DNA of 63,699 nucleotides, the filler included, from Reticulomyxa filosa (lineage: Eukaryota; Protista; Foraminifera): the NCBI GenBank assembly GCA_000512085.1. It is 24 parts of 24 records of this genome, joined end to end, with 100 filler letters (N's around TTAATTAATTAA, not from the genome) between each part and the next. Parts side by side here need not be neighbours in the genome. Positions count along the whole stretch, not along the records: positions 1 to 2,997 come from ASPP01006263.1; positions 3,098 to 4,548 come from ASPP01004091.1; positions 4,649 to 8,830 come from ASPP01025579.1; positions 8,931 to 10,015 come from ASPP01014347.1; positions 10,116 to 14,311 come from ASPP01001189.1; 19 more parts are not named here. One strand, 5' to 3'. The notes beneath the pieces are model-generated. The model worked only from the letters and a program-made list of their open reading frames with translations. It searched no databases and was not told the origin of the DNA. Shown here piece by piece: positions 1-11,513 of this stretch. How positions within the stretch are numbered: position 1 is the first letter of the stretch; each line of letters starts with the position of its first letter. The translations under genes and the position numbers were made by a program.

Positions 1-71
1 AAAAAAAAAAAATTATAATATATACATATATATTTATATATACAATATATATATATATATATGTATATAAC

Positions 72-686
72 TTCTTTGACAGTAAAATAATCAGCAAAAG
101 CATGCACACGATGCTTTTGCATTTCCAGATTGTCCGGGACAATGGCAGGGAAACACAACCAGTAAGCGTAGGTATGCTTCTTCAAATCTGCAAACGACAA
201 CATCAGAAAACGCTGCAATAAACTTGGATCTTCCAACACTTTTTGCGTTTGAATGTCTTTCAATATCTTTGCTGACTCTTCCAATAACAACTTCTTCTTG
301 TCCATATTTTTAAACGCCTCATACGTGTTGCAGTTTATCAGTCTGCCCGGACATGTGAAATAAAAACGTGGGATATCCGATTGCCCGCTCCCATTGCTCC
401 CTAACGATTTCTCGTCTATAAATATTCGAGGGGGAAGCTTCGCTTGTTTGTGATAATATCCCGATGTAAACGTCCCAATTATGTCTATTGGCTCTTCTGA
501 TAATTTTAATATGTCCTTTTTCAATCGTGCAAATGCCGTCCAAAATTGTGGGGATACCACACTTGACAACGGCTGAAACCGCAATTGATTTGGATTGTCA
601 TTTTCTGCCAAGGCTGTTGGGCTCGTTGCTTCCCCTGATCTTAATTCTTTATTGTCTTTTTTATCTGATTGATCTGAACCCGACAA
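72..686 (-). CDS. ATG7: Autophagy E1-like enzyme ATG7, N-terminal exon (partial; runs into an intron at the contig edge)
   Basis: Not in the ORF track because the frame has no stop before the window edge. Manual translation gives FQPLSSVVSPQFWTAFARLKKDILKLSEEP...GRLINCNTYEAFKNMDKKKLL...DPSLLQRFLMLSFADLKKHTYAYWLCFPAI, the ATG7 N-domain signature. GT donor at 71 leads into a (TA)n intron. Confidence 0.9.
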
Positions 687-1049
687 TTTTTTTTTTTTTT
701 TTTTGCTCAAAGTGCAAGTTTGTTTTTTTCTTTCTGTTAACCCCCCTTTTTCAGGCTACTTTTGTAACAATAAACAGTATAACAGAGTTTGAGAGTTTAA
801 ATGCTAAGTAATGTGATGATTCATTAACATGTGCAGCTCGGAAGTGAAAAAGCGCAAGTTATTGCAAAGTAATTGGTCACTGGCAAATGAAAATATATAA
901 AAAAAAAAAAAGCAACATATTGAAGAAACACAATGGCAATATCAAATTAAAAACGAATGGCTTGTAGTGGACTGTGAAGAGGAAGGAGGGATAAAAAAAA
1001 GAGCCAAGATAATCTTGTTTTGGCGTGTTGTGTTAGTTGGGTTGTCCAG

Positions 1050-2335
1050 ATGGGACTAAAAACGTTGAGTAAGACGCATTGGAACTGCTCTTACCAACGG
1101 GCGAAATTTTGTACTGCAGCAGAGTATAGTAGCGTGTTTTGTTTTCCGCTGGACAAGCCATACCAGAAGCTGTTGTACTCGCAGGGGTCTGAGATGGCGC
1201 GCCTGATCCAGTTGAAAACGAACACAAAGTTTATAAAGTTGAACATGAACGTGAAACGCCAAGACTACAATCGAGGCCGAGAGGAGGAAGAGGAAGAGGA
1301 AGAGGAAGAGGAAAAAGAGGAAAAGAGAAAGCACAAGAAAAAGGAGACGATGATGATAGCAAAAAAGAAAAAGACAAAAATGAGAGAATATGGTGGATGC
1401 ATTCGAATCGAAGGTCGTATGGAAGACGTGGAAAAAGCAAAGGAGACTTAAAGAATTTTACGGAAAATGTGGGGCGCATTGTATTGAAAGATATGACGAC
1501 AATGAAATATGTGAACGGGCAATCGGGATGGCATCGGATGCGTTTGATGAAAATCACAAAGACGTGGATGGTGATCACGATCAGTCGTGATCGAAGTGGA
1601 CAAAGGATAGTACCGACATTATGGTATTCATCATCGTCATCGTTGTTGTTGTTATTGAATAACAAAAGTAATAATAATAATAATAATAATAATAACGTGC
1701 AAACAGAACGAGAAATACGACGTTGGATTCAAGTGCTATGTACACCAATATGGATCGCATTGGAACGACCCGAGTATGGACGTCTGATGCAACGACATAT
1801 TCCGACGTGGCATAAGCAATGGCACGTGTACGTACAGATGAAGCGCCACAAGCATGCGTGGTGCTTGTACGGATTTCCCGAGGACGTCAGTCATTGCTAT
1901 CGCCACATTCGACAGTACATTGCCAATGTTGTCGAAATCCCCCTCCTTTGGGGACACTTGCCATTCATCGTCGGCCCAAATGCACGACATTTGATCCACT
2001 TTCAAAACACACGTCTGCGACATCATTTTGGAGATATTTGTGCCACCGCGGATATTTTATCTTCACCCTTTTCTTCTTCTTCTTCTTCGTCTTCATCTTG
2101 CTCATTGTTGGTAGGGGTAGTCCATACTGATGTAGATTACAAAAGACATGTGTATGACTTGGTGGACCAATGGATCAGCCAACGTCTTCAAGGCGTTTGC
2201 TCTGTCTTTTTGGATGCAATGAGATATCGTCGTCTGTCGCAATTGAATACTTTTCAAAGATTGAAGCATTGCCACAATGACGTGGAATTTTGCTTTGATA
2301 AATCTTGCAACCTCTTATATTACCGACTCTTGCAC

Positions 2336-2380
<45 letters not shown>

Positions 2381-2974
2381 CAAATAATATCGTCGTCGTC
2401 ATCCTTACATACTTTAGAGGCGATGCTTGCCATGGTCCAACACGAACATATGAAATGGGTGACTCTTTGCCCTTCTTTCTTACCTTTGGTCGTGGGAAGA
2501 AGGGGCGCTGTCGTGGACCAGTGGAGACGACATTATCGTGTCCATACTTTGTTTGACCCTTTTCAGTCTCATTGCTTGTGGGTCTTTGCCAATGACACGC
2601 TTCGACTTCAACGGTTCCTTGCTCGCGTCACTCACTTTGCACACATGTTTGTTCGTATTAACATGAAACAAATCTTGCAACGATTCACGCTTTCTCATTC
2701 ACACTCCTACTTGCACGTCGAAAAAGGGGATGACACACTCGATGCGGCACAGTTCATTCATGTCCATTGCCATGATTGGAAACTATGGGAGTGCCATGTC
2801 CTTGCGCTCTTTGGCCATTTTGACAACATTTATGTGTTCGCCGAAACGCGCATTATTCGAAACAAAGCCAAACAACTCGTCGTTCACAGACTCCAACTTT
2901 GGTATCTCACTCTATTTCAAGACGCCGCCAAAAAATCCAAACAGAAGCTCATTCAACAAACTATCATAAAATAA
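1050..2974 (+). CDS. Multi-KH-domain-like RNA-binding protein with one apparent frameshift near 1321
   Basis: KH-like GxxG loops YVNGQSGWHRMRL, IVGPNARHL and VVGRRGAVVDQW, plus poly-N and poly-S linkers. ORF 1020-1451 joins ORF 1397-2974 if one A is added to the run at 1321-1324. Confidence 0.6.
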
Positions 2975-2997
2975 ATGCTATATGTGTGTGTGTGTGT

Positions 2998-3097
2998 NNN
3001 NNNNNNNNNNNNNNNNNNNNNNNNNNNNNNNNNNNNNNNNNTTAATTAATTAANNNNNNNNNNNNNNNNNNNNNNNNNNNNNNNNNNNNNNNNNNNN
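2998..3097. other. Artificial contig linker N44-TTAATTAATTAA-N44 (first of 23)
   Basis: The same 100-nt spacer, with stops in all six frames, also starts at 4549, 8831, 10016, 14312, 18289, 21282, 22636, 24324, 26213, 27313, 28513, 29892, 33187, 35285, 37902, 41715, 42843, 49010, 53308, 59734, 60840 and 62220. Confidence 0.98.
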
Positions 3098-4325
3098 TTT
3101 TTGGCTGGATGGGGGAAATTGGAAAGATTTCTGAAATGTAGTGCTGAAAATTATGCCAAGATACCACCACCACCATTTCCTCCGACTTGGGTTCACACTG
3201 TTATCGAAGAATTTGAAGACGTGAAAAAACCTTTGATTGCCTCCCAGTTTTAATTTTTGCCTTTTTTCTTTCATTTTTTTGTTCTCAAAGAGGGAACAAG
3301 GGGGGGGGGTACCCTTTTTTTTTTTTTAAAGTTTGTTGAAAAATGATAAATTGTGTGCACGTTATTTTTTTTTTTGTGGGGATAGTTATATTGAAACTGA
3401 TATCGTGCAAATGCAAAAAAAAAGAGCTTCCTCATAACGATTACTTGGCCGTTTTGGTGGATGCTCCATTTTTATTAAAGAATCAAGCCTCTGAAGGCAA
3501 TTTGGATATGATCAATTTTGTTATGTACCACACAGTGCGATAACTCCTTTGACAAACTTTTTAAAATAATGATAATAATAATAATAATGATTAAAAAAAA
3601 AGAGACTATTATTGTATTGAAGAACACAGAATAACATGTGCACACCGTACAAACTAACAGAGCAAGTTAGCGTTGGCAGAGGTGGTGAAGAATGGAATTT
3701 TGTTTGTGTGGACCCCATCGGAATTGATTTTGTCAGTTAAAAATGCTCATAAGGAAAAAAGGGAATGGAAATTAACAGAGATTTCCATTGTCAAGAGTTC
3801 TTGTTCGTTGTAAATGCTATATATAAATATATATATATACATATACATATATGTGTGTTTGGTTTTGCCAATTCGAATCGCATGATATTATAATTGATCG
3901 AAAAGGTAACAGAAACAGTCGAAAAATGGGGGTTTCAGTTTGTTGAGCATGCGACATGGGTGAAACAAAACACAAACAATACGATTCACGTGAACCGTGG
4001 TCTTTTTTTCAATGTGTGTAAATCGAACCTGCTCATGTTTCGAAGATGCTTTGCCAAAGGAAAATATCAAAAAATCGAGCTGCGACATCAAAGAACGAGT
4101 GATGTCTACTTTGATCAAATGAAAGTAGAAGTCGAGACCAAAAGGGCACTGAAAGCAAACAATTATGCATACGAGTTAATTGAAACGCTTTTGCCCAATA
4201 CCACTAAAAAATGCACTCGTGACAACGTCTCTACCATGTTACATTTATGGGCTCCGAAAAATGAAAGAAGACAAGGCTGGACAATGGTCTTTGATACTGC
4301 TAATCGCTTTGTAACTGTTCCCTGA
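3098..4325 (+). CDS. MT-A70 family N6-adenine methyltransferase-like protein, probably a non-catalytic subunit (5' partial)
   Basis: Exons 3098-3220, 3427-3519, 3661-3735 and 3906-4325 (GT-AG) splice to ...YLAVLVDAPF...NGILFVWTPSELILSVTETVEKWGFQFVEHATWVK...LLMFRR...IELRHQRTSDVYFD...YELIETLLP...LHLWA...RQGW. This is the MT-A70 motif order, with DAPF in place of DPPW. Confidence 0.8.
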
Positions 4326-5199
4326 TTAATATTATCACTCATTTCTCTCTCAAATTGGAGTATTTTTTTCACAATTTTTTTTTGGTGTTGTGTTTTCTCT
4401 TTCATATTTAAATTGAAATTTTTATTAACCTTTTTCTGTTTTGACATTGTGTGAAAGTTGATGGGGTTCAAAGTGTATGTATCTGCTTTCGTCAAGTAAA
4501 CCCACAACATTCGATTCTACTCTTCTCTTAACTTAATTTTTTTTTTTTNNNNNNNNNNNNNNNNNNNNNNNNNNNNNNNNNNNNNNNNNNNNTTAATTAA
4601 TTAANNNNNNNNNNNNNNNNNNNNNNNNNNNNNNNNNNNNNNNNNNNNTTTTGATTTTTGGTTGTACTGAGTTTTTTACGTTATCAATGTATAGCGAAAT
4701 TTATTTTCCTCAAAAATTTGCAAAGTCAGTTTCACTTCTGATATTTGGTACTGCTTGTTTATCGATTTTTTCACAAAAAAAAAAAGAGAAAATGTTCTGC
4801 AATAATCTGGATTTTCTTTGCAAAATGAAGTTATCACAAAATTTTTCTTTTTATCGGGCAATGGAAAAATAAACGGCAAATTAATGATATTTTTGATGAA
4901 AAAAAAAATGTATGTGTGTTCAACCTCAAGCCCGTCCTCCCAGACCTACCCCCCGCGGTCCAGTGCCGAGACAGTCGTGCTTTTTACACACGAGAAACCC
5001 GCAGGTGTCAAACACACGGTACTACCCTTTGAGGTAGTATAAAACAATATTCTGTCCTTAGTTGGTTACCTTATATGATATTTCGTGCACCACACTTTTT
5101 TTTTCAACGGGGATTATTTTTTTAAAAAAAGTTAAACATACTGTTAGTTTGTGCTGCTAGTGATGGATGAATGTTGTGATTTATGTCAACAACATGAAC

Positions 5200-6560
5200 T
5201 AAACAGGTCCGAGGAGGTATCGAAGAATTGTATCGATTTCAATAAGTCCCAAGAGAAGAATCGTTTTACGACAAGGAGCGAGATGAAGAACATACAGACA
5301 CGATCATATATCTTTGGAGTTGATGCGGTGGACACAAGAATGATAAAGTGGCTTGTTAGTCAAGACCAAAAGAACTTTAGACTTAGTATGTTATAATTTA
5401 TGTTTTGAAACAAAGAAGTATTTTTGGAATTTTTTAATTTAACAGGGATCTTGGGAGAGCGATTATTTGACGTTTTTGACACAAAGCAAGACAACGTGAT
5501 CAATTTTGATAAATTTGTTACTGGGCTGGCGTGGGTAATGAGAAAAAATTACCTTACCAAATTTTCAAAAAAAAACATCGAACATGTTTATTTTATGTCC
5601 GGGAATATAGTACAATCGAGGAACAATGAAAGAAAAAATTGATATGTTATTTGAAATGTATGCATTAAATGGACAGTCTTACATAACAAAAGAGCAATTA
5701 CAAGCAATATTCTTTTCGCTTGTGACACCAACTAGTGGTATATTTTATAGTGATGATCCAATCAGGATAATTGGAGTAAGCAAAGTTAATTACAAAAAAA
5801 AAATAAAATGAATATTTTTTTTATGTTTTTTTTTTTTTAAAAAAAAAGATCAAAACAACAACGCATACATTATACATACGCACGCATAATGATTAGATCA
5901 CATGAATGGATGTTTCGGTTGGCAGAGCGAACGCACAAAATTGTAAATGAATTAATCTGCCATCCATAATGAAAACTCGGTTCATTAGCTTTCTGTGGGG
6001 TCGAATGCGTTTCCCCGAACATGGTATGATAAAGCAGTCTAGATTGCGCCATCGACATCCCTAGTCCCTTTTTATCAATCTTCGCATACTGGTCATGGAT
6101 TTACTAAAGCATCAAGGAAAACTTTTACCAAGTTTAAATAAAATAAATAAATGGCAATTTATTTTATTATTTATTTTTTATGCTTCTCTGTTGGTGACAT
6201 ATCTTTGAAATAGAAAAAGCCACATTCTCACAAAGCTATATTCCAACGGCGTATTCTGCCTTTGCACAAAGATCGATGTTGGAATAAAAAAAAACAAGAA
6301 CCAAGTTGGAAGGTACTATTTTGATATAAAAAAAACTTGAATCAATTCTTGTTGGCTTATGTATGTAAAGTTGTTGTATTGTTGAAACAGTCAATTGATG
6401 CGCTTGGAGTCTGTGACTGTGAGGCTTATGAGCATGTGGAAAGGCAACGATGCCATCAATAACAGCACGTTGAAACAGTACAACCCATGTTTCGTGTCCC
6501 AACAAAGAGTGCAACGAGTGCATGTTAGTGCCAACAATGACACTAATTCCTTCGCTTTGC
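5200..6560 (+). pseudogene. Degraded EF-hand gene resembling the N-terminus of CDPK7-type (EF-hand/PH/kinase) proteins
   Basis: KEVFLEFFNLTGILGERLFDVFDTKQDNVINFDKFVTGLA and RGTMKEKIDMLFEMYALNGQSYITKEQL form an EF-hand pair. Flanking exons carry stops and frameshifts, and no kinase domain is visible. Confidence 0.5.
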
Positions 6561-6919
6561 AACTTAGACATGACATTTATTATTTATTCTTCGTCGACTT
6601 TCTGTATTATGCTATTGTTTATCGATAATAGACACTATATCTGCAAAATCTTTTTCATTTCCTGAATATGAAAACAAAAAAGATCAATAATATTATGGGT
6701 TTCTGAATCCTGTAAAATGAAATATAAAGTTTATTTTTCAAATAATTAAAAATTTGTGTTTACTATGTTTGGCCAATTGTTAAATCAAAGATCTAGAACC
6801 ATCATAACTTCTACAATGACACAAAAACATCAACAATACATCAAGCTCCAAAACATTCAAACAAAAATAATTTCATTTCTTATTATGAAAAAACAAATTA
6901 TCCCCAAATATGAATAGAA

Positions 6920-8070
6920 CCTTTACATGAACCATAATAAAGATTAATGTCAGATTTTATAGAACTTATTCCACCATCTTCTTTATCATCTACTTTGATA
7001 ATATACAATTCATTCTTATTTGATCGAGCATCCCAAAAACAAATTGTATTATCAACTGATGATAGCATATCCATTTAAATTACCAATATTATTATTCTTT
7101 ATTAAAAATACTGAATATTCGACAGCATTCACCAAATTTTTGTGCCCATTAAATACTATTATTTCTTTACAAAATAAGAGATTCCACAAACTCACACTTT
7201 TATCTTATTATACATATAATAATATATTGAATAATTCATATTTTACAATAATAACATAACTTCTATGCCCAAATAATCTGCGATTTAATTTCGTTATTTC
7301 AATATCCTACATTTGAATACTGGTATCTCGTGATCCAAAACAAAATTTATATTCATTTTGTTTTGGATCATACTAATATTATTTATTTTGCTTTGCAATG
7401 CTGCAATATCCAAACAATAAACAATACCAATATCATTACTCAATACTGTTAATAATTTGGATGTTTCAACATTCCATAAACAAACTGTTTTATCACTTGA
7501 TCCTGAACACAAATATCTACCACCACTAAATTGCAAAAATTGAATGCAATTAACATCCAATTTGTGTTCATCGAACATTTGTAATTGTTGATTATATTCG
7601 AAATCCCAAAAACGAATTGTATTGTCAGATGATGAAAAACAAATGACATGTCAATGATGATTATGATAATGATATTGTGAAAATTTCACACAATTTACAT
7701 GATTTGAATGTCCATTGAATGATTGAATTTGTTTATTGTTATCAATATCCCATACACGAACTGTGTTAATGAACTGACAATTATTAAATATCGAATAATA
7801 AATACTACAAACATCACTTGTATGTCCATTAAATGTATTGATTAATCTTGATGATAAACGAAATGTATCAAACTGCAGGATAGTATATATCTATATTAAA
7901 TAAATATTTAAATAGTTTGATTTTTATTTAAAAAAAAAAAGAAAGAACAAATGAACTAAACATAACTGACAACAAGTTTGTCAAACTCATGAATCCATCC
8001 AAATTCGATTTCCAATATTCGAATCCAATATTGTATGATTAATTGAATCTTTTCTTCATGCTTGTACATA
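6920..8070 (-). pseudogene. WD40-repeat family pseudogene
   Basis: Family N-terminus IIQYWIRILEIEFGWIHEFDKLVV, then GH...WD repeats (FNGHTSDV, YLCSGSSDKTVCLWNVET) broken by frameshifts and stops. Confidence 0.8.
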
Positions 8071-9013
8071 ATTTTTTTTTTTCCTATATCTACCACCTTT
8101 TTAAACAAACAAAAAAAAATTAAAAATTTTATTATTTTGAAATCGATCCACCACATTTGATTTTACAACCATTCAGACAACACAAAATTCGATTTTATCA
8201 TTCACACATATATATATACAAGTTCTACATTTGTTTTGTCATTATTATTGGTTAATGATTTATTCTTTGTTTACATTCAATATCTATATTTTCAACCCCT
8301 AATCATGCTTTATTCCGAAATTTATATAAAAATTTTATTTTATTTTATTTGCTTTGAGTCATCGATCAAATATGAAATTTTGTCAACAAAAAATAAAAAT
8401 AAAAATTAACAAATTTTTATGACTATCATTAAACGAAATTTGTTAAAGAACGAAAAAATAAATGCTCTAGAACAAACAAGCAAAAGTAAGAAGAAGAGTA
8501 AAAGACTGATGAGCGAAGTGAGTGTGAATCAGAATAAAAGGAGTTCTGATATTCACTTGGCTTTCTGATAATGATTAGTCCTTTTGTTAAAAACTTGAAT
8601 AAAGAAAAAAACATTAACTCTCCTTAACACAATTTAATGCAATAGTATTTTTGTTATAAAAAGAATTACCAAAACACATTTTTATTTTTTCTGTAAAAAG
8701 ACGGAATAAAATTATATTTATTCTTTGAGAAAAAAAAAAACCGTCGTGGATCTCTTCGTTGTATGAGATTACCATCTGAAAACACAAAAAAAAAAAAAAG
8801 GGTGACCAAAAAAAAGTAATTAACTTTGCTNNNNNNNNNNNNNNNNNNNNNNNNNNNNNNNNNNNNNNNNNNNNTTAATTAATTAANNNNNNNNNNNNNN
8901 NNNNNNNNNNNNNNNNNNNNNNNNNNNNNNCATATATATTTTTTTTTTTTTTTTTTTTTTTTACGTCTCATATGCAATATCTCTCTCTCTTTATTACAAA
9001 AAAAAAAAAAAAA

Positions 9014-9948
9014 GTGGGATGCAATTGTGGCGACAAGGATATGAATATGCATTAATAATATGTTTGGCATTGTCATTGTTGACAATTGGCTTTTTTAAAC
9101 GTCCACGGCAATGATGGACCCAGGAATAATCCCTCGTCCGCAGGCATATGAAAAAGCACAAGAGTATAACGCCGCCACCTCCAACAAACCATCCCTCGCA
9201 CATGCATCATCGGCGTCATCGTCGTCAACAACATCATCTTCTTCTTCTTCTTCTTCTTCTTCTTCCCCTTCTTTAGCCAATTCGAACAAAATTACTCGGC
9301 CATCTATCCAACATATCAACATCGGCGGTAATGTGGTTCAATTCAAATATTGCACCACTTGCAACGTATTTCGACCGCCAAGATCATTTCATTGTATCGT
9401 TTGTGATAATTGTGTTGAAAGATTTGACCATCGTTTTGTATACGTATATATATATATAGATATATATATACATACATATACATATATGTATATATATGTT
9501 ATGTTTGTGATGGATTAGACTGCCCTTGGATTGGCAATTGCATTGCGGAGAGGAACTATTCTTATTTTATCTTGTTTTTGGTATGTTTGAGTTTGCTGTG
9601 TGTATGGCTGGGTATATGGTGCATTTGGTTGTTGAACGACGCTTTCAACGACACAGGAAGAAGAGAAGGAGGAAGAGGAGGAGGACGAAAAGAAATAGGA
9701 GATGCGAAGCAGTTTTTTAATCGCTTCTACGAAATGCTGAAAGACGCGCCATTTGCATTTGCTCTGGTTTGCTTTGACATGCTGGCGGGGTGGTTTCCGA
9801 CATTGCTACTTGCATATCACACTTACTTGACGACCACCAATCAAACCACAAACGAACAGATGCGGAGTATGTTCGCACATGTTTCGCCTTATTCAAGGGG
9901 ATGCTTGCGAAATTTGGTTGAAATTTGTTGTCGTTTGCCAACCATTAG
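9014..9948 (+). CDS. DHHC palmitoyl-acyltransferase (partial)
   Basis: MDPGIIPR...KYCTTCNVFRPPRSFHCIVCDNCVERFDH. Intron 9433-9518 splits the His codon and restores DHHCPWIGNC; TM helices and a TTNE motif follow. Apparent frameshift at the T/A run near 9091-9099. Confidence 0.92.
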
Positions 9949-9972
9949 GTTAATAAAAAAAAATGCACATTT

Positions 9973-10014
<42 letters not shown>

Positions 10015-11513
10015 TNNNNNNNNNNNNNNNNNNNNNNNNNNNNNNNNNNNNNNNNNNNNTTAATTAATTAANNNNNNNNNNNNNNNNNNNNNNNNNNNNN
10101 NNNNNNNNNNNNNNNGTTCAAAGCATTATCGATGATAATTTAATGACACCAAGCAAAGAAACAGTTAAAGAAACGGAACAATCGCAACAAAGCGAATCTT
10201 TGAATAAAACAAATGGAGATATGTTTGCTGAGCCCAAACTTGTAAACAAGAATTTACAGAATGACGGCCCTGCCGATGCAAGTTTCGATTTTTTTAACTC
10301 GTTTCATACTCTTTAACAAACTTCTGTTATTATACTAATCTTTTTTTTTTTTTTTTGAGTATAGGCAGATAACCAAATTCTGAAAACTCTCCCCCCCCCA
10401 CCCCCCCCTTCAATGGTAATTTGACCAATCGCGTTTCACAAATTTATACATTTCGTGTTTTGAAGAGAGCCATTCTAAAACTTTCTTTTTTTTTCCTTTT
10501 TTTTTTATCTTCTTTGTCCACTTTCTGCAGTTAATATGTTTTGTACATTTTTGTTTTCAAATATTTTTGGCGACTTTTACTTGCATTCATTGCTTTTTTA
10601 CTTCTTTTTTTTTTTACTAGTTTCTTTTAAAGTGAAATGAATGGTATTTCTTAAAACAATCTGTGCTTTTGGGCTAAAGTATGCTGTCACACGCTTATGT
10701 TCATTTGCTTATTGTCTTAATTTTTTCTAAAGAAACTTTTCGAATGAATATTTCTTATATGCTCCCCTTTGTCCGTATATTCTTGGTTGAATGAACAAGT
10801 TTTTTTTTTTGTAAAATCAGAAACACATCATTCGTTTAGAAATGTTGGCATGCTTAGACATCTGGTTTAGTCATTTGCAATGAAAGTAGATTTCGACCGA
10901 GTAAAAATTGGACACAAAGTTTTTTGCACTTAAATTTCGAAAAATTCATATTGATGTTTTTCTATTTATAATTTTTAGTGATATTTTTAAATTGAAATTT
11001 TTGACAGTGAAGAAAAAATCAATTCACAAGGAAGCCCTTTTTCCGATGTTGCGGTCTGCAAAAATAAAAATAAATAAGTTTTATCAAAAACCAAATAAAA
11101 AAAAGTTTATTAGAGAAATCAAATTCCTTTCAGCATGTTTTTTTCAGGTTCTGTCTTTTCCTATGTTAAGCACCATGCAAACACAAAACTTTTGGACAGA
11201 CTGAAGAACGCTTGTCGCACTGTTTCCTTCCACTGCAGTCCAATTATTTGTTTATGGTGAAGTGTTTCACTTTGACAAATGTATACAACAAAAACTGTCA
11301 TAGTCTTAAATTTGAAAAAAGTAAAAATATTACAGGTAAAACTGTTCCCATGAGCCTTTCTTAAACTTCGCATAGAAATACTTTATTTTTTTCTTTTTTT
11401 TTAAGCTTACAGACACTTTTCCACAAAATATGTTTGCAAAGTACGGAATAAGTTAAAAGCTTGGAAAAAGAACTTTTGTTGCCCCTCCCAACTCTTGGTT
11501 TAGTTTCGTTGTA

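Noticed and set aside
319-543. 74-aa minus-strand ORF in the track
   Set aside because: It is an alternative frame overlapping the real ATG7 exon.
4970-5000. GCTTTTTAC loop as U5 snRNA loop I
   Set aside because: It differs from the invariant GCCUUUUAC, the stem is short, and there is no clear Sm site.
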